The notes under the pieces: model-generated
Database searches by the model: none
What the model saw: the letters and a program-made list of their open reading frames with translations, nothing else
Told to the model about the DNA's origin: nothing
Origin: a virus
DNA length: 64,000 nt
Direction: 5' to 3' (one strand)
IMG/VR virus record: IMGVR_UViG_3300045988_179268
Coordinates: 32,001 to 96,000 of that record
Part shown: positions 18,016 to 26,619 of the stretch, one piece after another
How positions within the stretch are numbered: position 1 is the stretch's first letter
Layout of the letters: the number at the start of each line of letters is the position of its first letter
Position numbers and translations under genes: made by a program

Positions 18016-20730
18016 ATGGGGACTATTGAGAAACGTATTATTGACGGCAAGACATATGTTCGCGTGGCGGGGAATAAAGTTGTTCAGCCTGGTTCGCCAC
18101 CAGATATTGATACAGACTTCCATACAGCCCATAGGGACGCGGCGTTTGAGCATGTAGCTCAGCTGTATGGGGCTGACCATTCTGCGCGTCTGCCTACTAA
18201 CCAGATGCTTAAAACACGCGCGTCTATCAAAGATGGTGCGCGAGTGTATGGTGTGCCGCCTGCGCAGGCTAACTATGTGACGAGTCTTTTGCCAGATAGT
18301 CTAGGCGTTACCTTCGCTAAGGTGTATGACCCTGAGAGTGACGAGTTTGCGGGTGCTGAGCGTTTCCGTGAAGCTGTCAGCACGCCTTTCTGGGAGAAGC
18401 CTCTAGCTTGTGCTAAAGCTCTTGAGGGGCGTATCCGTGGTCGAGGTGTTCACGCTTGCGGACTTCTGATTTCCTCTAGTCCGCTACAGCATCATGTTCC
18501 CGTTGATACTGCTAAGGATGGCACTGTCGTTGCGGGGTTTGAATATGGTGCCTGCGAGAGCATGGGGCTGATTAAGTTTGACTTCTTAGGGCTGGATACT
18601 GTCGATATTCTTTGCGATGCGGCACGTCTAGCAGTGCAAGCCGGGAAAGATGTGCCTGACTTCCGTAAGATGGTTCGAGAAAGCCGCTTTGATGACGCTG
18701 AGACGTTCCGCTTACTGGGTAAGGGCGATACGGTTGGCATCTTCCAGCTAGGCAACTCTGCTGTTGCTGACCTTTTCACGAAGTTCACCCCTAGCACGCT
18801 GGGTGACATTTCAGCTATTACGGCACTTTATCGCCCTGGGCCAATGAGTGCTGGTAGCCATATCCAGTATGTTGAGCGTCGGGCTGGGCGTGAGGAGATT
18901 AAGCCGATTCATGCTGATTTTGTAGGTTCGCCATTAGATAGCATTCTTGCTGACACTAGTGGTCTGCTGGTTTATCAGGAGCAGGTAATGTCAATTGCCT
19001 CGCTTATCGCCGGTATGACCCCTCAAGAAGGTGACGACTTGCGTCGCGCTATCGGTAAGAAGAAGCACGATTTGATGCTTGCATACGCTGAGCGGTTCAT
19101 TGAGGGTGGCGCGGGTAACGGGTATAGCCGAGAAGCTATGCAGGCGTTGTGGGACAGAATTGTCGGATTCGCTGAGTACGGGTTCAATAAATCGCACTCT
19201 GACGCTTACGCGGCAATGGCTTACCTGGCGTTATACATGAAGGCGCATTTTCCAGCTGAATTTTATGCGGCGGCGATTGCCCGCAAGGTGTCAATGGGTT
19301 CATCTGGCAGAGATAAAGTTCAGGAACTCATTGAGGACGCTAAACGTCGAGGCGTTCGACTTGATGTACCTGACGTTAATTTCTCTAGCGCTGACATTGG
19401 TCTAAACGGTGACGGTAACCTTGCGTTTGGATTCTCAATGCTTAAAGGTGTTGGCTCTAAGGATGCTGAGGTTATTGTTTCTGAGCGTGAGAGGGCTGGA
19501 CTGTACTCAAGTTTCAAGGACTTCGTTGTTCGTAGCTTCAACGCAGGCAAGGTCACTAAAACAACGTATGAGGGGTTAGCTAAGGCTGGCGCTTTTGATG
19601 TGTTCGGTCTTTCTCGCAAAGCCGTCTTGGAAGCAATTCCGGGGTATTTAGATTTACTACGAAAAGAGAGGGCTAAGCTTAGGAGGCAGGCGCTAAAGCT
19701 GGCTAAGGAAACAGGCGTTGAGCCGTCCCCTGATGCTGAGCTTGTCTCTGGCGAATCGTTGCCGGAAGATGAAGCGTTAAGTCGAGATGATTATCCGCTG
19801 GTTGAGCGTCTGCGCCATGAAGCTGAGGTTGCTGGGCAGTATATGACGGGTCATCCGATGGCATCTGTGCCCGAGAGGGTACCTGTGATGCGTGGTTGTA
19901 CTGTGAGTGAGCTTATGGCTTCGGAACAGCCGGTGAAGGGTGCGGTAGTGATGGCGGCTATCGTTGCGTTGGATGACAAGACGCATAAGAAGTTTGGGCG
20001 TAAGGTCATTGCCACTTTGGATGATGGTACGGGCGTTATTGCTGGGTATGTTTCTAATAGCCTTCTTGCGCGGGAGGACTTGTGGGTTGCTGAGCAGAAT
20101 ATTAAGAGTGCTTATATTAATGGTGATGCGATTGATTCGTCTGATGCTTCTAAGGTTGATGCCGCGAATATTCAATCCAGCCCTAAGCTACAGCCGTACC
20201 ACGTCTATTCGCTACATGTGAACTACACCCCGGCGCGTAAGATTGTAAATGATGATGGGGAGGTTAATTACCGTCCACCATATTTGAACATTTTGCACGC
20301 CCGACAGGTTCCGTTGTCTGCTTCGGGAGATATGTGCGCCCGGCTAAGGGTCGATATTTCACGCGGCGGCTCTATGGGGGATGTTGTGAGTAAGTTGCGT
20401 GAAATTGTGGGCGGGCTTCATTCCGCTGATTCCACCCGCCACGTTCCGCTGATGGTTGCGCTTTATGACTCGTCAAAGCCGGGGTGTGGCGTGGACTTGC
20501 CCAGCAAGTTCCTTTATGCGGCGCGTGAGGGCACCTCTAAGGGAGTTTCATGGTCAGATTTGCCTGTTGCTCCAATGGAAGCTTCTACGGCGGCTATGCG
20601 AGATTTAGTGGATAAGATGGATTATGTGGAAGTGCCCATGCGGGTTCCTTTCATGAATGCCACGCGGAATACTTTAGTGAAAGTTTTCGGGGAGGGTTCA
20701 TTTGATTGGGGTCATTTCCTGGTTTCTTAA
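18016..20730 (+). CDS. dnaE: DNA polymerase III alpha (DnaE), C-terminal piece: catalytic aspartates, fingers, HhH, OB region
   Basis: PPDIDTDF 27 aa after the start, LIKFDFLGL, ALYRPGPM, EYGFNKSHSDAYA. ATG lies 3 nt after the dnaX stop. Confidence 0.85.
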   Translation: MGTIEKRIIDGKTYVRVAGNKVVQPGSPPDIDTDFHTAHRDAAFEHVAQLYGADHSARLPTNQMLKTRASIKDGARVYGVPPAQANYVTSLLPDSLGVTFAKVYDPESDEFAGAERFREAVSTPFWEKPLACAKALEGRIRGRGVHACGLLISSSPLQHHVPVDTAKDGTVVAGFEYGACESMGLIKFDFLGLDTVDILCDAARLAVQAGKDVPDFRKMVRESRFDDAETFRLLGKGDTVGIFQLGNSAVADLFTKFTPSTLGDISAITALYRPGPMSAGSHIQYVERRAGREEIKPIHADFVGSPLDSILADTSGLLVYQEQVMSIASLIAGMTPQEGDDLRRAIGKKKHDLMLAYAERFIEGGAGNGYSREAMQALWDRIVGFAEYGFNKSHSDAYAAMAYLALYMKAHFPAEFYAAAIARKVSMGSSGRDKVQELIEDAKRRGVRLDVPDVNFSSADIGLNGDGNLAFGFSMLKGVGSKDAEVIVSERERAGLYSSFKDFVVRSFNAGKVTKTTYEGLAKAGAFDVFGLSRKAVLEAIPGYLDLLRKERAKLRRQALKLAKETGVEPSPDAELVSGESLPEDEALSRDDYPLVERLRHEAEVAGQYMTGHPMASVPERVPVMRGCTVSELMASEQPVKGAVVMAAIVALDDKTHKKFGRKVIATLDDGTGVIAGYVSNSLLAREDLWVAEQNIKSAYINGDAIDSSDASKVDAANIQSSPKLQPYHVYSLHVNYTPARKIVNDDGEVNYRPPYLNILHARQVPLSASGDMCARLRVDISRGGSMGDVVSKLREIVGGLHSADSTRHVPLMVALYDSSKPGCGVDLPSKFLYAAREGTSKGVSWSDLPVAPMEASTAAMRDLVDKMDYVEVPMRVPFMNATRNTLVKVFGEGSFDWGHFLVS

Positions 20731-20750
20731 ACCAGCGGTTTAATCCCTAG

Positions 20751-20789
20751 AAGAGGGGTGTGTAGCTATATTTTCTATACACCCCTCTT
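20751..20789 (+). terminator. Hairpin after dnaE C-piece
   Basis: AAGAGGGGTGTGTAG / CTATACACCCCTCTT, 15 bp with one mismatch. Confidence 0.55.
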
Positions 20790-20833
20790 GTTTCATGTGA
20801 TGCCTATCAATTTTACTGAAAGTTGGTCATTCT

Positions 20834-22216
20834 ATGGCTATCCGCCTTTCGAAGCTTCAAGCTTCCACAGTCGTTCCAGTTCCACCACCAACAACTAACC
20901 CTGATTCCTCTGACGCTATTGATGTAAATGATTTTCCAGTAATTAGTGAAGATAGCGTACCCACTGATACTAGGGAACAGGAAACAGCGGCAAGCGCTTC
21001 CTCGCGCGAATCAGCGTTAGGGGACGCTATATTAGCGAGCCTACAAGGTGACAACTCTCAATTTGGGGTATTTGAAGACTATATTTCAGAGGACGATACA
21101 GAACCTTCATCTGATACTGATTCTTGGGAAGAAGACGAGGAAGACGATGAGTACTACTACTTATCACCTAGTGAACGTGCCGCTTCATCTGTAGCCGAAA
21201 GCTTTAGCCCTGATGATGAAGAGGGAATTGTTAGCTCCGAGATACCCTCAGAAGACGCTTTTTTCGACAGCCTATATGATGAATCTGACTTTGAAGATGA
21301 CGTAGATGAAACTGCTACAGATGACTCTCCTAGCATGGATGATGATTCCATGCTAGGCGACTTCGACATGCCTAGCATCGACGACATTGAACGTGATGAG
21401 GATGATGCATATGTCTTACGTGATGCTAAAGGGGCATATTTCCCGTGGGTGACCGAGTTCTTAGTTAATCTTCCTGAACTGGACGCTATGAATAACCTCC
21501 AGCCAGACGATTACGACTTATGGGAGAAGCTACATGAAGGTGACGAGGACGAAGAGGGTGAAGATTTATCCGACGAGCAAGCACCAACAGCAACTTCCGC
21601 TAGTAGCGCACCAGTAGCTCCTGCGCAGATTGGCGCAGATGAAGATGTTAAAGGCTCACGGAAGCAGGCAAAAGGCGGTATCGCCGCTTTTGCTTTACGT
21701 GCATTAGATGCTGTTGCAGGCGTACTGCACAAGGGTAGCAAAATCCCTATAATTGGGAAGCTCTTCAATAAGGCTATCCCTGGAACCCCTACTGGTCGAG
21801 GTATGGCTGGAGTCGCTATTGCGCTTATTCTGTTCCTTTTGGGAGGTTTCATTAATGGTCAAATCACTGGCGATAGGGTGTTCACCCCATCTGGTACATC
21901 TTCCGTAGAACTTGCAGACAATGGCAAAGTTTCGGTAGCAGGAATTAGCCGCAAAGACGGCGCTTATTACGCGATGGTGAAGAATGAAGGCGCAACTAAT
22001 GCTAACCGTGTTTATGGTTCAGTTCATGCGGCAGGTTCAGAGGCTTATAACCCTATTAGTTGGTTCAATAAAGCTGATTTAGGCACTTGTACGTTTAGGG
22101 TAGATTCTCTTAAGGTGGGTGCTGAGACGCAGGCACCTCTCACCTGTGAAGGCGATGTTTCGGGTAAGGGGTCAATGTCCTTTACTGATTTGATTGTAGA
22201 AAGCGAGGAAGTTTAG
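20834..22216 (+). CDS. Single-pass membrane protein with highly acidic ~270-aa N-terminal region
   Basis: Long D/E-rich tracts, TM MAGVAIALILFLLGGFINGQI, ~120-aa C-terminal domain. Confidence 0.55.
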   Translation: MAIRLSKLQASTVVPVPPPTTNPDSSDAIDVNDFPVISEDSVPTDTREQETAASASSRESALGDAILASLQGDNSQFGVFEDYISEDDTEPSSDTDSWEEDEEDDEYYYLSPSERAASSVAESFSPDDEEGIVSSEIPSEDAFFDSLYDESDFEDDVDETATDDSPSMDDDSMLGDFDMPSIDDIERDEDDAYVLRDAKGAYFPWVTEFLVNLPELDAMNNLQPDDYDLWEKLHEGDEDEEGEDLSDEQAPTATSASSAPVAPAQIGADEDVKGSRKQAKGGIAAFALRALDAVAGVLHKGSKIPIIGKLFNKAIPGTPTGRGMAGVAIALILFLLGGFINGQITGDRVFTPSGTSSVELADNGKVSVAGISRKDGAYYAMVKNEGATNANRVYGSVHAAGSEAYNPISWFNKADLGTCTFRVDSLKVGAETQAPLTCEGDVSGKGSMSFTDLIVESEEV

Positions 22217-22220
22217 GACG

Positions 22221-23354
22221 ATGCCGATTAGTTTTGAGGAGGCTTTTGCCGCGTATGAGAAGCCTTATGTTGAAGAGTCCACTATTGACCCTGGTTTAGT
22301 TCCGAGTGAGAACCCTGAACTGTACGCGCCACTTCTTATGCCGCCTGAGGGTTATTTTGACCATATTGGGGCTACTCGCGCTAGGCGCGCTAAGGAACGT
22401 GTTGATACGGTAGTGGAGCATCTTAAGACTGTCCCACCTGGCGTTGATTTGTCTAAGCCGGGCGCGAAGGCGGCAATTCGAACCTTTGGGGTGCCTGCAA
22501 CCAGTCTATATAACACTCTGGAGTTCCCCCCTAAGGGGTGGGATAAATCAGCTTCTAGTACTAAGAAGGTTAAAGCTGGTATTGAGGGTGAGGAGCTGAC
22601 TGCTAAAGCTTTAGCTCAGTGGGCTGACGACAAGCCGGACGTAGTGATTTGTCATTCTGTCTCGATTCCCCGGAAGGAGGGGGATAACGTAACTTCCGAG
22701 ATTGAGGTTGTTGCTGAGAACGAGGAGACGCAGGAAGAGCTGGAAGAAGAACGCAAGAGTATCACCGGCATTGATGATGAGCTGGGGGTGGTGGACTCGC
22801 CTGACACCGACCATGTTGTCGTTGTAGGTTCTCAGGTGTGGATTATTGACTCAAAAATGTGGAAAGCGGGGATTGACCTGAATGACCCGCGCGCCGTATA
22901 TTCGTTTAAGAAGAAGAGCCAAAAAACTGGCAAGAGCAACTACTCTATAGTTGTTCCTGGGCAGAAGTATCCACGATATGTTCGCATGAAGCAGGCAATG
23001 TATTTGTGGCAGAAGTATATTGGCGGCAGGAAACGCGGGTATGTGCGCGGTATTGTGAACATCCACCCTAAAGAGGTTAAGAACCCTGGTTACAGTAAGC
23101 TTAACCCGGAAGAGCCGGAGTACATTCCGGGCGCGATTCGTTTCTTGCGTGTTGATGAGTGGCATGAGTCTGAGTTTAAGCCTACGGACGCTGACAGGTT
23201 CATTAAGCTATTGGACTCTTTCTATAACGAGATGTCGCCATCCGAGAAAGGGTACATAGACGTTGGCTTAGTGACGCTGGTTGCCCGCACACCCGTCAAG
23301 AAAAGGACTCGTGCTAGTGAGTTCTTCGGGAACAAATTGAACGGCTTCCAGTAG
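22221..23354 (+). CDS. NERD (nuclease-related domain)-like protein
   Basis: GEELTAKAL...VICHSVSIP...DTDHVVVVGSQVWIIDSKMWKAG fits the NERD pattern (DH-hydrophobic strand-D/E-x-K). Confidence 0.5.
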   Translation: MPISFEEAFAAYEKPYVEESTIDPGLVPSENPELYAPLLMPPEGYFDHIGATRARRAKERVDTVVEHLKTVPPGVDLSKPGAKAAIRTFGVPATSLYNTLEFPPKGWDKSASSTKKVKAGIEGEELTAKALAQWADDKPDVVICHSVSIPRKEGDNVTSEIEVVAENEETQEELEEERKSITGIDDELGVVDSPDTDHVVVVGSQVWIIDSKMWKAGIDLNDPRAVYSFKKKSQKTGKSNYSIVVPGQKYPRYVRMKQAMYLWQKYIGGRKRGYVRGIVNIHPKEVKNPGYSKLNPEEPEYIPGAIRFLRVDEWHESEFKPTDADRFIKLLDSFYNEMSPSEKGYIDVGLVTLVARTPVKKRTRASEFFGNKLNGFQ

Positions 23355-23416
23355 CAGGCACTTTCTGCTATGGGTTTTAAGATAGTTTCATTACATATTT
23401 TGAGGAGAATTTACCG

Positions 23417-24118
23417 ATGAGTCTTTACGCGCCGATTCGTAACGAGGCGAAGTATGAGAATGTCCGCAACTGGTTACAGAAGAATTTCAGCTTCATTGCT
23501 GAGGGCTCCCCGGAAGGGTTCTTGCAGGCTTCGGAGTGGATGGGTCTTCGCGGTAATCCTGACCTAAAGAAGGAGGATAGCCTTATTTCGCAGGCTGTCC
23601 GCAAGGTTCCTAACGCTTTCATCAACGTTGAGTGGGTTCCTAATATTTCTTCTTTCCAGGTGAAGTCTGCTGACATGGTTCATGTGGATTCTATGCTTGA
23701 GACTTTGGCTCTGGTTGAGGAGCAGGCACGTCAGGTTCGCCTTATCCTGGAGTTGCAGGATATTTTGCGTGAGTATGAGCCGTCGTCTGCTTGGTTCATT
23801 ACTGAGGTTAATGAGAAGAAGGCTCAGGGCTTTGGTTATAGTTCTTCTCGTGCCCGCTACCACCTGTACACTGCTGGTGATTTACCTGAGGGTGAGAATG
23901 ATGTGACGAATGTTGCACCTAAGCAGTTGGCTTCTTTGGGTAAGTCTGTTGCTGAGGTGTATATTGAGGCTTTGCAGGCTTACAACCCGGAACTTGTTCA
24001 GGAAGATACCCGATTTGAGGGTTTGAAGGGCTATTACTTGCATGTTAATCAGATTCTAGACATTAAGTTCCCCTCGCTGGGCGATAGGGCTGAACTTATC
24101 GCTTCTCTGCTTGACTAA
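23417..24118 (+). CDS. Hypothetical protein (233 aa)
   Basis: ATG after GAGGAG; no recognised motif. Confidence 0.5.
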   Translation: MSLYAPIRNEAKYENVRNWLQKNFSFIAEGSPEGFLQASEWMGLRGNPDLKKEDSLISQAVRKVPNAFINVEWVPNISSFQVKSADMVHVDSMLETLALVEEQARQVRLILELQDILREYEPSSAWFITEVNEKKAQGFGYSSSRARYHLYTAGDLPEGENDVTNVAPKQLASLGKSVAEVYIEALQAYNPELVQEDTRFEGLKGYYLHVNQILDIKFPSLGDRAELIASLLD

Positions 24119-24135
24119 CCCTTTAACTTTTAATT

Positions 24136-24180
24136 AAAGTGGTGGGAGACAGTATTTCATTTATTGTCTCCCACCACTTT
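24136..24180 (+). terminator. Hairpin terminator
   Basis: Perfect 16-bp inverted repeat AAAGTGGTGGGAGACA / TGTCTCCCACCACTTT. Confidence 0.7.
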
Positions 24181-24221
24181 TCTTTATCCAGTGGGCGCAA
24201 GAACTTTTTAAGGACCAACCC

Positions 24222-24704
24222 ATGACTTCAAACTCACCACGCTCTAACTGCCCGAACAACAATAATGGCGTACATGTTGTAACGCACAACACTCCTCTTC
24301 CAAGCAACTTTGTTTTTCAGAGTATTATGAACCCGGAAGCATGGCGTTTCCTCGGTATCGACATTGATAAGGTAGAGAAGGCGACTTATCAGCCTGCGTC
24401 TACAGGCAAGTTTGAGGTGAGTGAAGATGACCTTAAGGTTCTTCGTTTCGCTCAGGATACGATGATGCAACGTTATAAGTTGATGGAAGCTTGCGATGTC
24501 GATGAGTATGCTGATGTACCAACTTCGGAGCTTGCGGATGGTAAGTATACTACTGTCAGACTGTGTGTGCCTTCTGGTTGGCTTTTGCAGGCTCAGGATG
24601 TTGAACTCGTGGAGGGCTCCCGTGAGGATGAAGCCATTAAAATCATTGCCTCTATCGGTAGGCTAGGCGATTCAGCGGGTATAGACCTCATCCTTGCACC
24701 TTAA
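24222..24704 (+). pseudogene. FtsK/SpoIIIE-like fragment, copy A (N-proximal part of motor domain, truncated)
   Basis: Paralogous to 24933..25925 (VVTHNTPLPSNFVFQSIMNPEAWRFLGIDIDKVE, LRFAQDTMMQRYKLME, IGRLGDSAGIDLILAP*). Stops where the conserved QRP motif should follow. Confidence 0.5.
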
Positions 24705-24761
24705 ATAATGTAATTGAACCTGCATTAGTTTACCCACTATTTAGCTACACATCTTTGCTAT

Positions 24762-24797
24762 GGGTGTGGTGACGGCAAAAATGCCGTCACCACACCC
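24762..24797 (+). terminator. Intrinsic terminator
   Basis: GGGTGTGGTGACGGCA-AAAA-TGCCGTCACCACACCC followed by a T-rich run. Confidence 0.75.
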
Positions 24798-24932
24798 ATT
24801 TTCTTTTTCCCTCTTCCTTTTTGAAATGACGGTGACCATACATCTATGTGCCACTAAAACATCTGGAAGTCTCAGGGTGTGAAATGAACTGATTTATGGA
24901 TTATTACACGCCCTGAACTTGGCGGAGGTTTT

Positions 24933-25925
24933 ATGCAGATAGCTAATATTGAAGAAATTGAGCCTGTCCCATCACGATGTTTCATTGTAGGCTCTAGGAA
25001 GCGTCTCTACCGCGCTGGCGGCGACGATGGTGTGTCAATTGTTACGCACAATAGCGTTCTCCAGCGCAACTTTGTTTTCCAGTGCATTATGCGCCCAGAT
25101 TCGTGGCGCTTCCTCGGCATTGACCTTAAAAAGGTTGAGCTTTCGGTCTATCGCCCTTATGTGCCGGTAGTTCTGGGTATCGCTACGACGCTTGAAGACG
25201 CACTTACCGTTCTTCGTTTCTCTCAGCAGACAATGATGCAACGTTATGAGTTGATGGAAACTCATGGTGTTCAGAACTATATTGATTTGCCTGAGCTTGA
25301 GGATGGCGGTTCTCGTCAGCGTGTGATGGTGATGGTGGATGAGGCGGCTGAGCTTCTTTCACCGACTGGTGTTAAGACTGATGAGGGTAAGGCTGATGAC
25401 CTTCTTAAGGGTGAGGCGCTTACTCTCATTGGTTCGATTGCGCGTCTTGGTCGTGCGGCGGGTGTTCACTTGGTTCTGGCTATGCAGAGGCCCGATGCGA
25501 AAATTATCTCTGGTGAGATTCGTTCGAACTTCATGTGTCGTATTGCGGCTGGTGTTTTGACCTCTGCCGCTAGTGCTATGACGCTTGAGTCTGGTGCTGG
25601 TACGACGATTAACCCGAATGTGAAGGGTCGAGGCATGGTTTACCTTAATGGTAAGTTGTATGACTTCCAGGGTTTCTTTGCCGCACCTGAGTTTATTGAT
25701 AACTGGTTGAAGCAGAACGAATCTGCCTCTGAGGGGCATAACGTTTCACAGGAGGTTGTGGACGGTCAGACGATTGTTCATACTGGTGAGACGGATGCCG
25801 AAGGTAACGCTCAGACTATTGTCTTTGGTGAGAAGATTGATGAGGATGAGGTTGTTATGTCTGAATGGGGCGAGGATATGGAAATTATTAGTGAGCATGG
25901 TGACCGTGGCATGGACATCCTCTAA
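24933..25925 (+). CDS. FtsK/SpoIIIE/TraB-like DNA-translocase motor-domain protein, copy B, with non-canonical P-loop and no TM region
   Basis: Walker B VMVMVDEAAELL, GRAAGVHLVLAMQRPDAKIISGEIRSNFMCRIAAGV. The Walker A position reads SIVTHNS. Confidence 0.6.
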   Translation: MQIANIEEIEPVPSRCFIVGSRKRLYRAGGDDGVSIVTHNSVLQRNFVFQCIMRPDSWRFLGIDLKKVELSVYRPYVPVVLGIATTLEDALTVLRFSQQTMMQRYELMETHGVQNYIDLPELEDGGSRQRVMVMVDEAAELLSPTGVKTDEGKADDLLKGEALTLIGSIARLGRAAGVHLVLAMQRPDAKIISGEIRSNFMCRIAAGVLTSAASAMTLESGAGTTINPNVKGRGMVYLNGKLYDFQGFFAAPEFIDNWLKQNESASEGHNVSQEVVDGQTIVHTGETDAEGNAQTIVFGEKIDEDEVVMSEWGEDMEIISEHGDRGMDIL

Positions 25926-25950
25926 CGTAACTTAAAAGGTTTTTGTTTGA

Positions 25951-26002
25951 ATAGTTGAAGCGCCTAGCTGAGAGAACTTACTCAGCTAGGCGCTTCAACT
26001 AT
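25951..26002. terminator. Bidirectional hairpin between FtsK-like gene and recX
   Basis: Perfect 22-bp inverted repeat ATAGTTGAAGCGCCTAGCTGAG / CTCAGCTAGGCGCTTCAACTAT, 8-nt loop. Confidence 0.75.
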
Positions 26003-26004
26003 TT

Positions 26005-26499
26005 TCAGTTATTTTTGAGGTTTTCTCCAGCGTCACGAATTGCTGTAGCCGCTGTTTCCTCGTCATAACCACGACGGATTAGCTTACCCATGATGCGGTT
26101 AATTGCTTTGTCTAGGTTCCAGTTTTCTGCCATCTCAGCTTTATCAAGCTCTTTCGATAAATAAGATGTTGCTAGGCTGACCGCGTTATCAAAATCAGAT
26201 TCAGCAGACCCTAACTCTTGGCATACTTCCTCAATGATACTTGGCGAGACACCTTCGTGCTCCAACGTCATTTTCAGTAAATTCGTTGATTTACCTTTAC
26301 GCTGGTTACTGTAGAAAGCCTCTTCCACGTATCGTTTATCGTTCAAGTACCCTTCGGCGGTCAGTTCCTCAATGATGTCAATAATCTCTTCGGGTGACAC
26401 TCCGAGTGAATCAAGTTCATTGATGATGCGCTGTGTAGGGGCATCTTTCTTAGCTAGACGCTTTTTAAGTTTCTCGATGCTGACGGCGGCGATTGACAT
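26005..26499 (-). CDS. recX: RecX-like RecA regulator
   Basis: Directly downstream of recA on the same strand. Repeated helical RecX-like segments (YLNDKRYVEEAF..., LEHEGVSPSIIEEV). Confidence 0.6.
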   Translation of the reverse strand: MSIAAVSIEKLKKRLAKKDAPTQRIINELDSLGVSPEEIIDIIEELTAEGYLNDKRYVEEAFYSNQRKGKSTNLLKMTLEHEGVSPSIIEEVCQELGSAESDFDNAVSLATSYLSKELDKAEMAENWNLDKAINRIMGKLIRRGYDEETAATAIRDAGENLKNN

Positions 26500-26619
26500 T
26501 ATGATATTCCCCTTCTTCTTATGGGCACTTTAGAGGCGGCAAACATTCTAGGTAGTTTCCTGTAAAAGTATATCTTCCTATCACAATGTTTGCCGCCTCT
26601 TTTGCGGGTTATTTATGGG

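Noticed and set aside
25953-25964. 12-mer GTTGAAGCGCCT shared by the hairpins at 25953 and 31832. ATAAATATTCAC is likewise shared by spacers near 3325 and 63162.
   Set aside because: Exact 12-mer coincidences are expected by chance in 64 kb, with on the order of 100 pairs. This is not evidence for a repeat family.
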